Positions 1-11,816 of a stretch of 64,000 nt of DNA are shown in pieces (position 1 is the stretch's first letter; every line of letters starts with the position of its first letter). The stretch is from Eledone cirrhosa. Its lineage: Eukaryota. A program made the position numbers and the translations under genes. The notes beneath the pieces are model-generated. The model saw only the letters and a program-made list of their open reading frames with translations, was not told the origin of the DNA and ran no database searches. The DNA lies in assembly GCA_964016885.1 (NCBI GenBank), contig OZ024740.1, positions 294,314,001 through 294,378,000 on the forward strand. Direction: 5' to 3'.

Positions 1-216
1 TCATCGATTGTTGAAATAAATCGATTTTTCCGTAATTGGGGCATTTTTTAGCCAATAAGTTCGCCCATGACCCAAGTTAGAATATTTGTAAACATTCTGC
101 TTAATTATTCATTCAATATTTTTGGAATTGTGTAAATGTATAAAATTGAAACTGAAAATGTATAAAATTGAGACACAAAAATCTGCCTTTTATAGATAAT
201 GATATATATATATAGT

Positions 217-553
217 GGAGGCACGTGGCTTAGTGGTTAGAGCATTGGCCTTGCAATCGAAAGGTTATGAGTTCAATTCTCAGACCGGGTGATGTGTTGT
301 TTCCTTGAGCAAGACATTTTATTTCACATTGCTCCAGTTTACTCAGCTGTAGAAATGAGATGATAGGGACTGGGGTCCATATCATTCCACTGCAAAGTGG
401 TTGTGGAGGTGCCACGGCAAATAAAACACCCAGCACTCACTGTAAATGAGGTTGGTGTTAGGAAGGGCATCCAGCTGTAGAAATCAAGCCAGAATCAGTT
501 CCTGTCCCACCTTTGCAAGCAGGGAAAAGCGGACGTAAAATGATGATGATGAT
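217..553 (+). mobile_element. tRNA-derived SINE (family B) with RTE-LINE-like 3' tail
   Basis: A box TGGCTTAGTGG and B box GAGTTCAATTC in the head; central ccttgagcaagac...ctcagctgtagaaatgag block; 3' end ggtgttaggaagggcatccagctgtagaaa...(GAT)n shared with RTE 3' UTRs in this window; near-identical copy at 37438-37781. Confidence 0.85.
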
Positions 554-652
554 ATATAAATCAGGATATATCATCACTGTTTAACGTCCATTTTTCCATG
601 CTGGCATGGGTCAGATGGGTCACATGTATATATATATATATATATATATATA

Positions 653-1349
653 AATTTTAGTACAGTACTAACGAAGCTTTAGTTTGCGGCCAAGCTAACG
701 AATGCAAATTCGGTATGTAGTTTTAGCATTCAAATGGGAATAGTACCCCAGAGTAATAACAATACGTTTAGACAGCTTAGCATGTCAAATATAGCGATCG
801 GCAGTCCAGCCGCATTACTACAGCAACGAAAATACAGGACTCAGGGAAAGATTTTAGACTGACCTGGACAGAACGCTGGGACAGAATGCACCAAATAATG
901 CATATCGTATAGCTAACGATATGCCTCACATACAGCACACAACATCAGCACTAGGTTTCTGCAAATCCAAGATCGACAAATTCCGCTTGCAGGGGTCTGC
1001 AAGTTAATGGTTTTTGACGACAGAACAAAGGATTTACTTCTTCATCAAGTCTTGTGTCCTTTAGCCTCTGCGGGTATGTTCTAGCAATAAATTTCGTTAT
1101 AGACTCATGGCTTTCTCCAAAGGAGGTTACCCCCGCTTTGGCGGTGAATTCGAATTTGAGACAAAGGAATGAAATTCCTTTAGACAAACCGAATTAAGCA
1201 CTCAACCAGAAGTTATCAAACAAACAAACAATTAATCAATCAATAGAATCATCTAATTAAATTAATCAGTTAATCGTTAATTCTAGGAGTTAAAATACAA
1301 ATTTGAGTACAGCACTAATGAAGCTTTAGTTTGCGGCCAAGCTAACGAT
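653..1349. repeat. ~700-bp unit bounded by ~48-bp direct repeats, inserted in (TA)n (possible non-autonomous Penelope-like element)
   Basis: agtacagtactaacgaagctttagtttgcggccaagctaacga at ~659-701 recurs at ~1306-1348 with 2 substitutions; (TA)n on both flanks. Confidence 0.6.
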
Positions 1350-2315
1350 ATATATATATATATATATAATTGACTTGAATATTCTGATTCTGTTTAAACT
1401 TACTATAGTTCTGAAGAATTAACATTAAATACTTTATGTTATATTTATTTGTTAATTATTTTTTGCCTTTTTTTGTTTGTTTGTTTGTTTTATAAACTGT
1501 ATTTATATCAGTAGACGTTGTAAGTTGTTTGTTCTCTGCTGTTTATCAATATTGTTTTGTGAGATGTGAATAAATAGGTTAAAGACTTCATCTTACATAT
1601 CTTATCCTTCACCTAGAAAAAGGCAAAGAAAAACGATCTTATAACTTGTTATTGGTGTGAATGGTGAGAGGTTGGACTGGAGGAAAATACTGAATGATTT
1701 CAACAGAACTTATATCATAAGAAATACATAGAACAAATGATGAAATATATTTTTTAAAAAAACAAAAGGATATTTTTGTTTGCTTTTCAATGACAGCTAT
1801 ATTTATAAGCAGCTGCCAAAACAACAACAAAAATAACTACAAAAAAGTAATTGCATAATAACAATGTATTTATGTATCTGGGAGGGAAAACATTTTAAAG
1901 AAAAAGAATGACGATGATGTTACTCCTGTAAATAACTGCTTACATCTTCTAATCTGAGCCAAAGAGAGCAGTTCTACGTAGTCGTTCAACCTTCTAGAAA
2001 CAGCAGCAAAATTCCCTCTTCACACCCTGCTGTCTTGAAAAAAGAAAGAAAAAATATATAATGTAGTCCTAAGTTTGCTAAATTACAGGATGATCACATG
2101 CCCATGTTCATAAAGTTGCTTAATCAGGGCCGACCTGGGGCTAAACAATATCAACATCTAACAAACCTTCATGACTGTACTAGAAGTTTTCCTTTGAAAC
2201 TCTTAGCCCAGTTACATCATGTAAATGGTGATGTCGTTTCAGCTTATGTAGCCTGGGGCAGTCCTTGAGTTTGTCTTCCACCCCACTCCCACCCCCAACA
2301 CAATTAACATCACAT

Positions 2316-3736
2316 AGCCCCCTACTATTTATTATTGCCCTTCAGGTTATAACAGTGGAGTTCAAGACCGGCTGCCCATGGGAACTCCTATACGCAGACG
2401 ATCTAACGCTCATAGCTGAATCAATGGCCAAGCTAGAGAAGAAATTCCAAACATGGAAGCACGGCCTAGAATCAAAAGGACTTAAAATTAACCTGGCTAA
2501 GACTAAAGTTCTAGTTTGTAAGAAAGAAAATAAGGCGGCGGTCCCTTCTGGGAAATGGTCGTGCTCGGTGTGTAGGAAAGGCGTAGGTAGAAACTCCATT
2601 TTATGTCCCAAATGCAAAGTATGGGTACATAAAAGATGTAGTGGGATCACAGGTAAGCTAACTAAGAACATAGATTTTACATGTGGCCGCTGCTCTGGTG
2701 CAATAAGTAGCAGCAAGTGCCCACAAAATACTAGCTCTACTTGCGCAGAGGGTTCTATAGAAATAGTGGACAGCTTCCGTTACCTGGGTGACAAAATCAG
2801 CAGTGGGGGAGGGTGCTCTGAAAGTACAGTAGCCAGAGTCAGAACTGGATGGAAAAAGTTCAGAGAGCTTATACCACTATTAGCCGCTAAAGGGTTCTCC
2901 CTAAAAATGAAAGGCAGGTTGTATGATGCCTGCATACGAACAGCAATGTTGCATGGCAGTGAGACCTGGGCATTGTGTGCAGAGGATATACGCAGACTAG
3001 AGAGGAACGAAGCTTGCATGCTCCGCTGGATGTGTAATAGTAATATACGTGAACGGCAAAGCATAAACGAACTAAGGGAAAAATTAGAAATAAGAGGGAT
3101 CAGATGTTGTTTACTCGGGAGAAGGCTACGTTGGTATGGTCACGTGATGCGCATGAAAGACGACAGCTGTATAAAAAAGTGCAGGGCAATAAAGATAGAC
3201 GGTAGCCACGGAGTAGGCAGACCCAGAAAAACCTGGGACGACCTGATAAATTCCGACCTCACACACTTACACCTCTCCAAGACAATGTCACTGGACCGAG
3301 ATCGTTGGCGGTACTCAGTAATAGAGAAGACCCGCCTTACCTAAATACAAAGTAAAACCTACTACAGTCAGTAGGCATCTCTAACAAAATACACACCCGT
3401 CCCACCACCCCCACCCCATCCACACCGCTACTTTCAATGCAAAGTTATGTTGGTGACACAACATCCAGGCCGAAACAAATGAGGTCATGTAGGTGTCACG
3501 ACAAAAAAACACACAGTCCAAGCTGTAATGTGGCTGTGTAGGCAACACGGTAAAAACCTCCCAGCCCCACACTGTAAATGTGGTTGGTGTTAGGAAGGGA
3601 ATCCAGCTGTAGAAAACCCGCCAGACAGTCCTATGCGAGCAAGACAACCACTCTTGCCTCAAGTGGAAAAACTCCCGTCCAAACCCATGCAAGCGTGGAA
3701 CATGGACGTTAAACGATGATGATGATGATGATGATG
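2316..3736 (+). mobile_element. RTE-clade LINE, 5'-truncated (RT C-terminal half, 3' UTR, (GAT)n tail)
   Basis: ORF 2265-3344: [37 protein letters not shown]; tail gatgatgat ends ~3736. Confidence 0.92.
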
Positions 3737-4529
3737 TGAAACAGAGTCGGCCCCGGGGCAGGTGACTGTTACCTCTCATCTCCTCCTGTAACTTAACCTA
3801 CTACGTGCAGCTTTGGCAGTAAATATTAACATCTTGTAATAATTTGGCCCAAAATGTCTAAAAACAAGATTATAATTCAAATGTTTATAGTATCTTTACC
3901 AGTGGACAGATTATTGTGAAAATTTGCAGTAATTTAAAGTAAAGACTTAAATTTTTAATGTTGTTTGTAATTTTCTTGAATGTGGTACTAATGCGGTTTC
4001 ATGTGGTACAGGATATTAAGAATTAAACATTACTTTTGACACACAAAACTGTTATATTTTTTCATAGAGTATTTAAGAATTAGATTCTTCTATAATCAAA
4101 CAAATATGTTTTATGGTATATAAACAGATAAATGTTTTGTCTTATAATAACTAGTTACATTTTAGAATATTTAATGGACCAGAACCAAAAATTAAAATGG
4201 GACATAATCATAAAATATGTCAGAGAAATACATAGAAAAAATTTGAATACAATAAAACAGATGAAGATACACACACCATATCATTTACACTTTATTGTTC
4301 GTTATTCATTCGTTTGTCAACACTCTTTCATTACACATTCTGTGACCAGAAAAAAGGAGGAGACACAAAACAGATAGTCATTGAGGTAACAACATCCTCT
4401 AATGATTTAGCAGAAATTATCTAAAACCAAGTTTGTTAATTCAAGTAGTTATAGTATCTTTATTAGTAGACAAATCATGGTGAAAATTTGCAATATTAGA
4501 GTAAAAATAACAACAATGATATCACCACT

Positions 4530-5770
4530 ATATCTTGTAAAGAAGATAAAATATCTTGTAAAGAAGAATGGAGAGTTAATATAAATAGCTACAAAATACA
4601 AACAAAACAAAAACTTGTTTTTTACCTACACAGAAACTAATAAATATGAAAGAGAAGCTGAAATGACGACAGATAGTTATGAAGAGAAGGAGAAACAACA
4701 GCAGAAATGGGGAAAAGGCTAAAATCTAAGCTAAAAATAAAGTTTCAGAATGCCATGAAAAAACGATGGAAGGAATAACTCCAACATGACCTTGACTAAA
4801 AAGTACAGGACACAAAGCTGAGGCTAGAATATTATCAGTTGCAACACAAAATCTAATCACTGCTACCAGAAACTACCTAAAGCACATAATGAAGCAAAAT
4901 GTATTCACTGCTGAATATGTGAAGACAGAGAAAAAAATAAACCACATTATCTTTGACTTCTCATTCTTAGTCAAGAAAGAATATATCCATAGACATGATA
5001 AAGTTGGGATTTACATACACTGGAGGTTATGCCAACATTATGAAATACAAACAGAAAAGTGTTGATATTGGTATACACCAGAAAAGGTGTAGGAGAATGA
5101 AAATCAACCATACTCTGGGATATACCAATAGACAGAGAAAACAAAATTAATCAATCTTGATTAATTATTGGTTAAATACAATAAAAAAAAGAAATGCCTC
5201 CTAAATGATGTATCAGTCCCAACAAATGGAAATATATCTTTCAAAGAAATGGAGAGACTATCAAATCTGGAAACAGAGAACCTGAATGTGGAAGATGAAA
5301 ACAGAAGTCGTTTCTATAATAATAGGTGTCTTGATTATGATAAAAACACAGACAAAAACATAATCAAACTCCCAAGACTTACAAATATGTACAACAAACC
5401 AGATATAGTGTTGAGAATCAAGAAAGAAAGGAAGTACTTTATTGTGGTCATAGCCTCGTAGTCTCGTAGCCTGCCCTTTTGATACAAGAGTAAATGATAA
5501 AGGAAATGACCTCAAATATGAAATTGCGAAAGTATGGACGGGTCAAGTAAATAAACCAGTAATTATAGGGGCACTAGGATGTGTAACAGATAATCTTTCT
5601 AAATATTTACAACAAATTAGATTTGGTATAGAGCTTGTGTCAAAAACATGGCTATTTGGTACTGCCAGGATAAAGTAATTCTTGTTATCTTAAGCTTTGG
5701 AATGGATCCTGATAGTAGGAAGAACAATATTAGTAGTTAACATCAACACTGTGGGAAAATAATAATAATT
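4530..5770 (+). mobile_element. Degraded R4/Dong-type (RLE) LINE 3' fragments
   Basis: Broken translations [39 protein letters not shown], similar to the better-preserved copies at 13195 and 16122; ends in aataataat. Confidence 0.7.
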
Positions 5771-5956
5771 GTTTCTACTTTTGGCACAAGGCCGGCAATT
5801 ATCCCAGTGCATTACTGGTGCTTTATTTTATCCATCCCATAGGGATGAAAGGCAAAGTTAACCTCAGCGGGATTTGAACTCAGGATGTAAAGGGTCACAA
5901 CTCTATGCTGTGAAGCAGGGTGTCCGACGCTCTACTGACACTGCCAATCCACCACC
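5761..5956 (-). mobile_element. tRNA-derived SINE (family A)
   Basis: Reverse complement of the 39766-39955 copy (ggtggattggcag...gagttcaaatcccg...ccttgtgccaaaagtagaaacaattatt). Confidence 0.85.
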
Positions 5957-6133
5957 TTACAACAAGTCAGCAACGGTTTCACTGTTCTGCACACATCTCA
6001 GACATATCTGTCTGGCAACACTTTTGTACCTATAGAGTCCATCTCAAATCAGCTGTGCCTCCTTATGGTACTGCCAGGCCAGTACTTTGCATCTTCTATC
6101 AAGAATCATGGCAGGCCACCGAGGTAGGAACTA

Positions 6134-7437
6134 CGAGGGGGCATCAAAAAGTTCACAGAATTTTTCAGAAAATAATTTATTTTTCAAAAAATATGATTTA
6201 CCTTCAATTTATTTTTCTACATAGTTGCCATCCAGGTCAATACACTTCACAAGGCGATGCTTCCAGCTTCGTAAGCCATCTCTAAAGAAAGTTGAAGGCC
6301 TTGTTCGAAGCCATATGTTGGCAGTGTTTTTAGCTTCTTCAACACCACTAAAATGGGTTCCTTTTAGCATTTCTTTGAGTTTTGGAAAGAGGAAAAAGTC
6401 TGATGGGGCTAAATCTGGACTTTAAGGTGGATGAGGAAGCACTTCCCATCGAAATTCTCGAAGAACTTCTTTTGCAACCCGCGCAGAATGCGCTGGTGCA
6501 TTGTTATGGTGAAACAAGATCCCACCATGAAGTTTCCCTTTTCATCTCTTGACTAATGCCTCTTTCAGCTTCCTTAAAACATTTGCATAGTAAGCTCCTG
6601 TCACTGTTCTTTGACCTTCAAGATAATCTATTAGTATCACTCCATCTGAATCCCAGAAAATGGTGGCCATCACTTTTTGATCGACTTTTGAGATTTGAAC
6701 TTGATTGGCCCCAATGATCCACGTGGAAGCCATTGTTTTGACTACTGTTTGGATTCAGGATCATACTGGTAGATCCAGGTTTCATCTCCGGTGATGATTC
6801 TGGTCAGGAAATGCTCTTCATCAACTTTAATTTTGTTTAATATTGCCAAAGACAGATCACTTCGAAGAATCAGCTGATCAGGGTGCAACGTTTGTTGAGA
6901 CCCATTGCGCTGAAAGCTTGTTTAGTCCCAAATTATTTTGCAGAATTGAATTTGCCGAACCATATGAAATGTCTAGGGACTTAGCTAACTGATTAACTGT
7001 TATTCTTCGATCTTCTTCAATTAAAGTCTGAGCAGCCTCAACGTTTTGGTCATTTTTTGATGTTCCTGGTTTTCCACTGCGATGGTCGTCTTCAAGGTCG
7101 TCTTTCCCTTGTTTGAATCCACTTGTAGACAGCAGTTTTCTTTGGAGCAGTAGTACCGTAAACTTAACTAAAGCCTCCATAATCTGTGTCCCTTTCCATT
7201 TGAGTTTCACCAGAAACTTGATATTCGATCTTATCTCAAAATAACTATTTTCCATTGTTCCCAAAAGAGGTTTTTTAAAGAGTGTCAGTACTGTACAATA
7301 GTCCGCGCATAACTGACTGCAAGTGACTAATAGCAAGGTAAACACCGAGTGACAATGTTCTGACATGTTTAATATTGTTTTAACCTGATTTTTTTCTCGC
7401 TACAATAAAATTCTGCGAACTTTTTGATCCCCCCTCA
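6134..7437 (-). mobile_element. Mariner DNA transposon, full length (~1.3 kb), transposase pseudogene
   Basis: TIRs cgagggggcatcaaaaagttcacagaattt / aaattctgcgaactttttgatccccctca; TA flanks at 6132-33 and 7438-39; minus-strand motifs EIRSNIKF, ITGDETW, HHNNAPAH, HPP*SPDLAPSDF with frameshifts and stops. Confidence 0.93.
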
Positions 7438-7723
7438 TATATTCCACTACCACTTTTCCCAAACAGTTGTGCAAAGTGCTATTGGAAAATTACACACATC
7501 AACTAAGAATCAAGCAGTATGTCATCTCAGTCTGTCAAAGAACGAAATGTGGTTTTACTGCCACTTGGTCCCATCAAACAATAATAATAATAATGGTTTC
7601 TTTTATTGGCCACCAAACATTGGGGACAATACAAGAACAAAAACAACACATCATGTAAAGGAAAGAAGACATCAACAAAGGGGACATCAAGTTATATTTT
7701 AGCTGTTTAGCCATTATATTTAA

Positions 7724-7940
7724 CCCTTTAATATTCAAACCGGCCAAAACCGGCCAGAATTCTCTACCTCTTTCGGTTCAAACTGGATATAACAGGCCAC
7801 TCAAACTGATGTTACGGTATTGTTCTCAAAATAAATACTTTCAAAATCTCATAGATTCAATATTATATGAGATAATTATGTGAGATAAAGCGTTTACCAT
7901 GAAAATATAGTAAATATAGAGTAATGTAAATGCTAAAGAG
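7724..7940. mobile_element. piggyBac-type MITE
   Basis: TTAA at 7720-23 and 7941-44; imperfect TIRs ccctttaatatt / aatgctaaagag. Confidence 0.7.
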
Positions 7941-8849
7941 TTAAACTAGGTCAACAATTTCAGTCATGTATGTTTGTAATGAAGAAAGGCCACAAACTTT
8001 TACACATTTATTAAGTTTCTAGCACTAGCTTTAGTTAATCACTAAATTGATTATTTGTTTAACCTTTTTTATACCACACTGCAGAACACTGCCACTGGTT
8101 CTGTGATACAAAACTGTTTATTTTAAAGTGTTTATTGTCATCATCATTATCATCATCACCATTTAACAGCTAATTTCTATGCTTGCATAGGTTAGATAGG
8201 TTGCCTTGTTATGAGGTGAGACCATGTGACTATATCTTGCTCATATGGTCCATTTTGTGCTTGGTTTTCTATGACTGGATGCATTTCCTAATTTTAATCA
8301 CATTACTGCATGTGCTGGGAGCTTTTTTGTGGTGCTAATATTTCCTTAAAGGGTGGACAAGGTGCTTTTTTTGTCATGGAACCAACACTGTTGGTGAGTG
8401 AGTGACATCTCATGGGAGTGACCTTGGTAGGATATTGTGGAGTATGTATGGCTTTCCATGTTTGCATGGGTTGGACAGGGAAAGTGTATCATGGAAGTGG
8501 AAAGGGTAGGGGGGGAGCATATAATAATTATTGTTCATATCTGCCTGGACTAGTTGGATTGACACACTCTGAGACTAGGCCAGACAAGATCTAGTTCATA
8601 TGTTTCATTTTAGCATAGCCTCCTCAGCTGGATGCTCTTCCCAACTCCATCCGAACATTTTATGGTGATACAAGGTGGGGTGTGCCCAGCTTTCCATGTT
8701 GGCATGAGTTGGGCTGGGCTAGAAACAGAGTGAAGGGAGATGTCTTTCCATGCTGGAAAGAATTGGACAAGCAAGATATTTGTACCACATTAAACTGACT
8801 TAACAAAGCAATCTTGGAAAGTATAAAACAGCAATATGGCCGTATCACA

Positions 8850-9220
8850 TTAAAGATTAAAGTCTTTACTTTAATTTATTGCAAATTTTCAAAATGATCT
8901 GTCTATTAGTAAAGATACAGTAAACATTTGAATCAATAAACCTGTTTTTACTTATTTTGTGCTAAATCATTTCAGGATGTGAAGAGATAATACTGTAAAT
9001 TTTCACAATGGTCTGTTTACTAGTAGAGACATGATACATTTGAATTAATAAACCTGTTTTTAAATATTTTCTGTTAAATCATTACAAGATGTTGGGAGAT
9101 AATACTGTAAATTTTCACAATGAAAGTCCAATAGTAAAGATACTTTAGGTATTTGGATGAAGAAGACTGTTTTCAGATATTTTCTGGTAAATCATTTCAG
9201 GATGTCAAGAATTAATATTT
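8850..9220. repeat. Diverged tandem repeat, ~112-bp unit x3
   Basis: aaattttca(c/a)aatg...agta(a/g)agat/cac...tttgaat...aaatcatt(t/a)ca(g/a)gatgt...gagataatactgt recurs three times; inverted homologues near 3820-3960 and 4385-4500. Confidence 0.7.
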
Positions 9221-9571
9221 TTTGCTCAACTTAAAAATTCTTGCTCCGAATGTAATGTTCCTTAATGTTTATGAAATATGTAAACATTTCTGATTGAATT
9301 TTATCAATAATATCATCAATATAGAGGGGAAATATTACAGGTAAAATACCTGAGTCATCTACGATGTATTGCTTTAAATATCTTGATTTTGTTATCCTTG
9401 TATTTTAATTCTGGTAATTTTAGAAGATCTTTGTTTGATATTCTCTGAGTCTGGGAATACATTTGTATTGTGCTTTTTTTTTTATTATTTTATAAGTATT
9501 TCAAGTCTTTTAACCATTATTTACCTTGTAAGAACCACGTGTACTATTTGACAAAAAATGTAAACTTACTG

Positions 9572-9693
9572 CACAAAATTAGATTTAGAATTACACAAGC
9601 AGGGGTTAACTGGACAAAATTAGATTTAGAATTCACAAGTAGGGGTTAACTGGACAAAATTAGATTTAGAACTACACAAGCAGGGGTTAACTG
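9572..9693. repeat. Minisatellite, ~41-bp unit x3
   Basis: acaaaattagatttagaa(tt/ct)acacaagcaggggttaactg repeated three times. Confidence 0.9.
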
Positions 9694-10000
9694 CCTATTA
9701 AAATAAACATTGTGTAACTATTAGGCAGCAACTGTGAGCCTAATGAATGAAAGTATTTTCTTTTTATGATTTAATCAGATGAGGAAGGGTAGAGACCATG
9801 ATATTTGCAGACCTCTATGACTGACAAGGGTAATGTAATAGAAACCATGACACATCAAGTACAGTCTATCTTATGGGCTTCCACACAGTTTCCAACTACC
9901 CAATTTCACTCATGAAGCTTTGTCTGATGCAATGAGACCAAACCCAGAACCATGTTGTTGTTAAGCAAATTTCTTAACCATATGATTATACTTGTACTAA

Positions 10001-10039
<39 letters not shown>

Positions 10040-10140
10040 TGTGTATGTGTGTGTGTGTGTGTGTGCGTAAGAGTCCTTTCTTGACTAGTTTCCATATCAA
10101 ACTAGTTCACAAGACACTTTTATCTCATACACAGGTTAAA

Positions 10141-10552
10141 AATGGTTTCTGATTTAGGCACAAGGCCAACAATTTTATGAAATGGTAAAGTCAATAAATC
10201 GATCCCAGTGCATTACTGGTGCTTTATTTTATCGACCTTGTAAGGATGAAAGGCAAAGCTAACCTCAGCAGGATTTGAACTCAGAACGTAAAGGGACGTA
10301 ACTCTATGCTGCAAAACATGTCCGACGCTCTACTGATACTGCCAATCCACCACTCTAATATAATTGTTTCTACTTTTGGCACAAGACCAGCAATTACCCA
10401 GTGCATTACTGGTACTTTATTTTATTGACCCCGTAAGGATGAAAGGCAAAGTTAACCTCGTCAAGATTTGAACTCAGAATGGCAAGGGCCGTAACTCTAT
10501 GCGTCAAAGCATGACGTTTGACCCTCTACCGATACTGCCAATCCACCACTCT
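10141..10552 (-). mobile_element. Two head-to-tail family A SINEs
   Basis: Two consecutive ~200-bp matches to the family A sequence joined by taataat. Confidence 0.85.
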
Positions 10553-10817
10553 AATATAATAAAAGTTAATAATAATTTCTTTATTATTTATTATTAAAAG
10601 TTAATAATAACCTCGCATTAACTTTAAAGAATCCCCTGTTAATGGTCTGAGAGAGTTGATATCTGATGTTGTTTTACAAGAGATGTTCTGTTTGTTGGTT
10701 TTAGTATCTCTGTTGGCAATATTCAGGGATTTACAAAATTCTTTCATTAGAACACAACAACTGGCTAATCAACATATTTCTATTAGACTGAGACATGTCG
10801 ACATGACCCTATTACAC

Positions 10818-11012
10818 CCCCCTCCTCTCTCTCTCTCTCTCCTTCTCTCTCACTCTTTCTCTCCCTCCTCTCTCTCTCTGCCTCCCTCTCTCTCTCTCTC
10901 CTTCTCTCTCACTCTTTCTCTCCCTCCTCTCTCTCTCTGCCTCCCTCTCTCTCTCTCTCCTTCTCTCTCACTCTTTCTCTCCCTCCTCTCTCTCTCTGCC
11001 TCCCTCTCTCTC
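10818..11012. repeat. Polypyrimidine (CT)n compound repeat with ~58-bp higher-order period
   Basis: ccttctctctcactctttctctccctcctctctctctctgcctccc repeated three times. Confidence 0.9.
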
Positions 11013-11270
11013 CATATATAGTTACAGACAACTTGTAAGAAGGTGGTAAATTGTCAAAGATTGGTAGATTGACAGGACCATTACTGTATTGGATGAAATA
11101 CCTTGTGGCATTAAATCCCACCAAAGTCAACGTTTACCTTTCATCTTTCTGGGGTTTGTTAAAATAAAGTACCAGTCATCTATTGAGGTGGACATCAACT
11201 CTCTCCTCCCCAAAATAGTTGACCTTATGCATAAATTTGAAACCATTATGAAAGAGTCTGAAATATCTAG

Positions 11271-11336
11271 AGATGATGATGATGGTGGTGGTGGTGGTGG
11301 TTGTGGTAATGATGGTCATGATGATGATGATGGTGG

Positions 11337-11369
<33 letters not shown>

Positions 11370-11625
11370 TGGTGATGATGGTGATGATGATAATGATGGT
11401 GATGATGATGGTGGTGGTGGAAATGATGATGATGGTGGTGATGATGGTGGTGATGATGATGATGATGGTGGTGATGATGGTGGTGATGATGATGATGGTA
11501 ATGGTGATGATGATGATGATGATGGTGATGGTGATGATGACAATGATGGTAATAATGATGATGGTGATAATGATGATGACGGTGATGTTGATGATGAGGA
11601 AAGTGATATGATGATGATGATGACG
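11271..11625. repeat. Compound (GAT/GGT)n trinucleotide repeat
   Basis: ~350 bp of gat/ggt triplets; produces spurious poly-D/G, poly-H and poly-M/V ORFs. Confidence 0.95.
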
Positions 11626-11783
11626 AGGCAATCAGATATGATGCTATCATCCCAATAGGACACTAGGGTGATATGACATTCAAGACAGGTATCTTTGTGT
11701 AATTACATTCTTTATTAGGTTACCTACTAATATAGGTAACATGATGACAGTACATGTCAACAGAATCAGATACCTTTGTGCCA

Positions 11784-11816
<33 letters not shown>

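Noticed and set aside
951-1187. 78-aa minus-strand ORF in the direct-repeat unit
   Set aside because: Non-ATG start and no recognisable domain
1700-1760. QNLYHKKYIEQ resembling ARV1 (possible pseudogene)
   Set aside because: Too short, lacks the Cys motifs; probably chance
9572-9693. CRISPR-like 41-bp repeats
   Set aside because: Simple head-to-tail tandem repeat without spacers
11089-11663. Poly-Asp/Gly, poly-His, poly-Met/Val and poly-Ser ORFs
   Set aside because: All frames are open only because of the (GAT/GGT)n repeat; the N-terminus derives from a SINE
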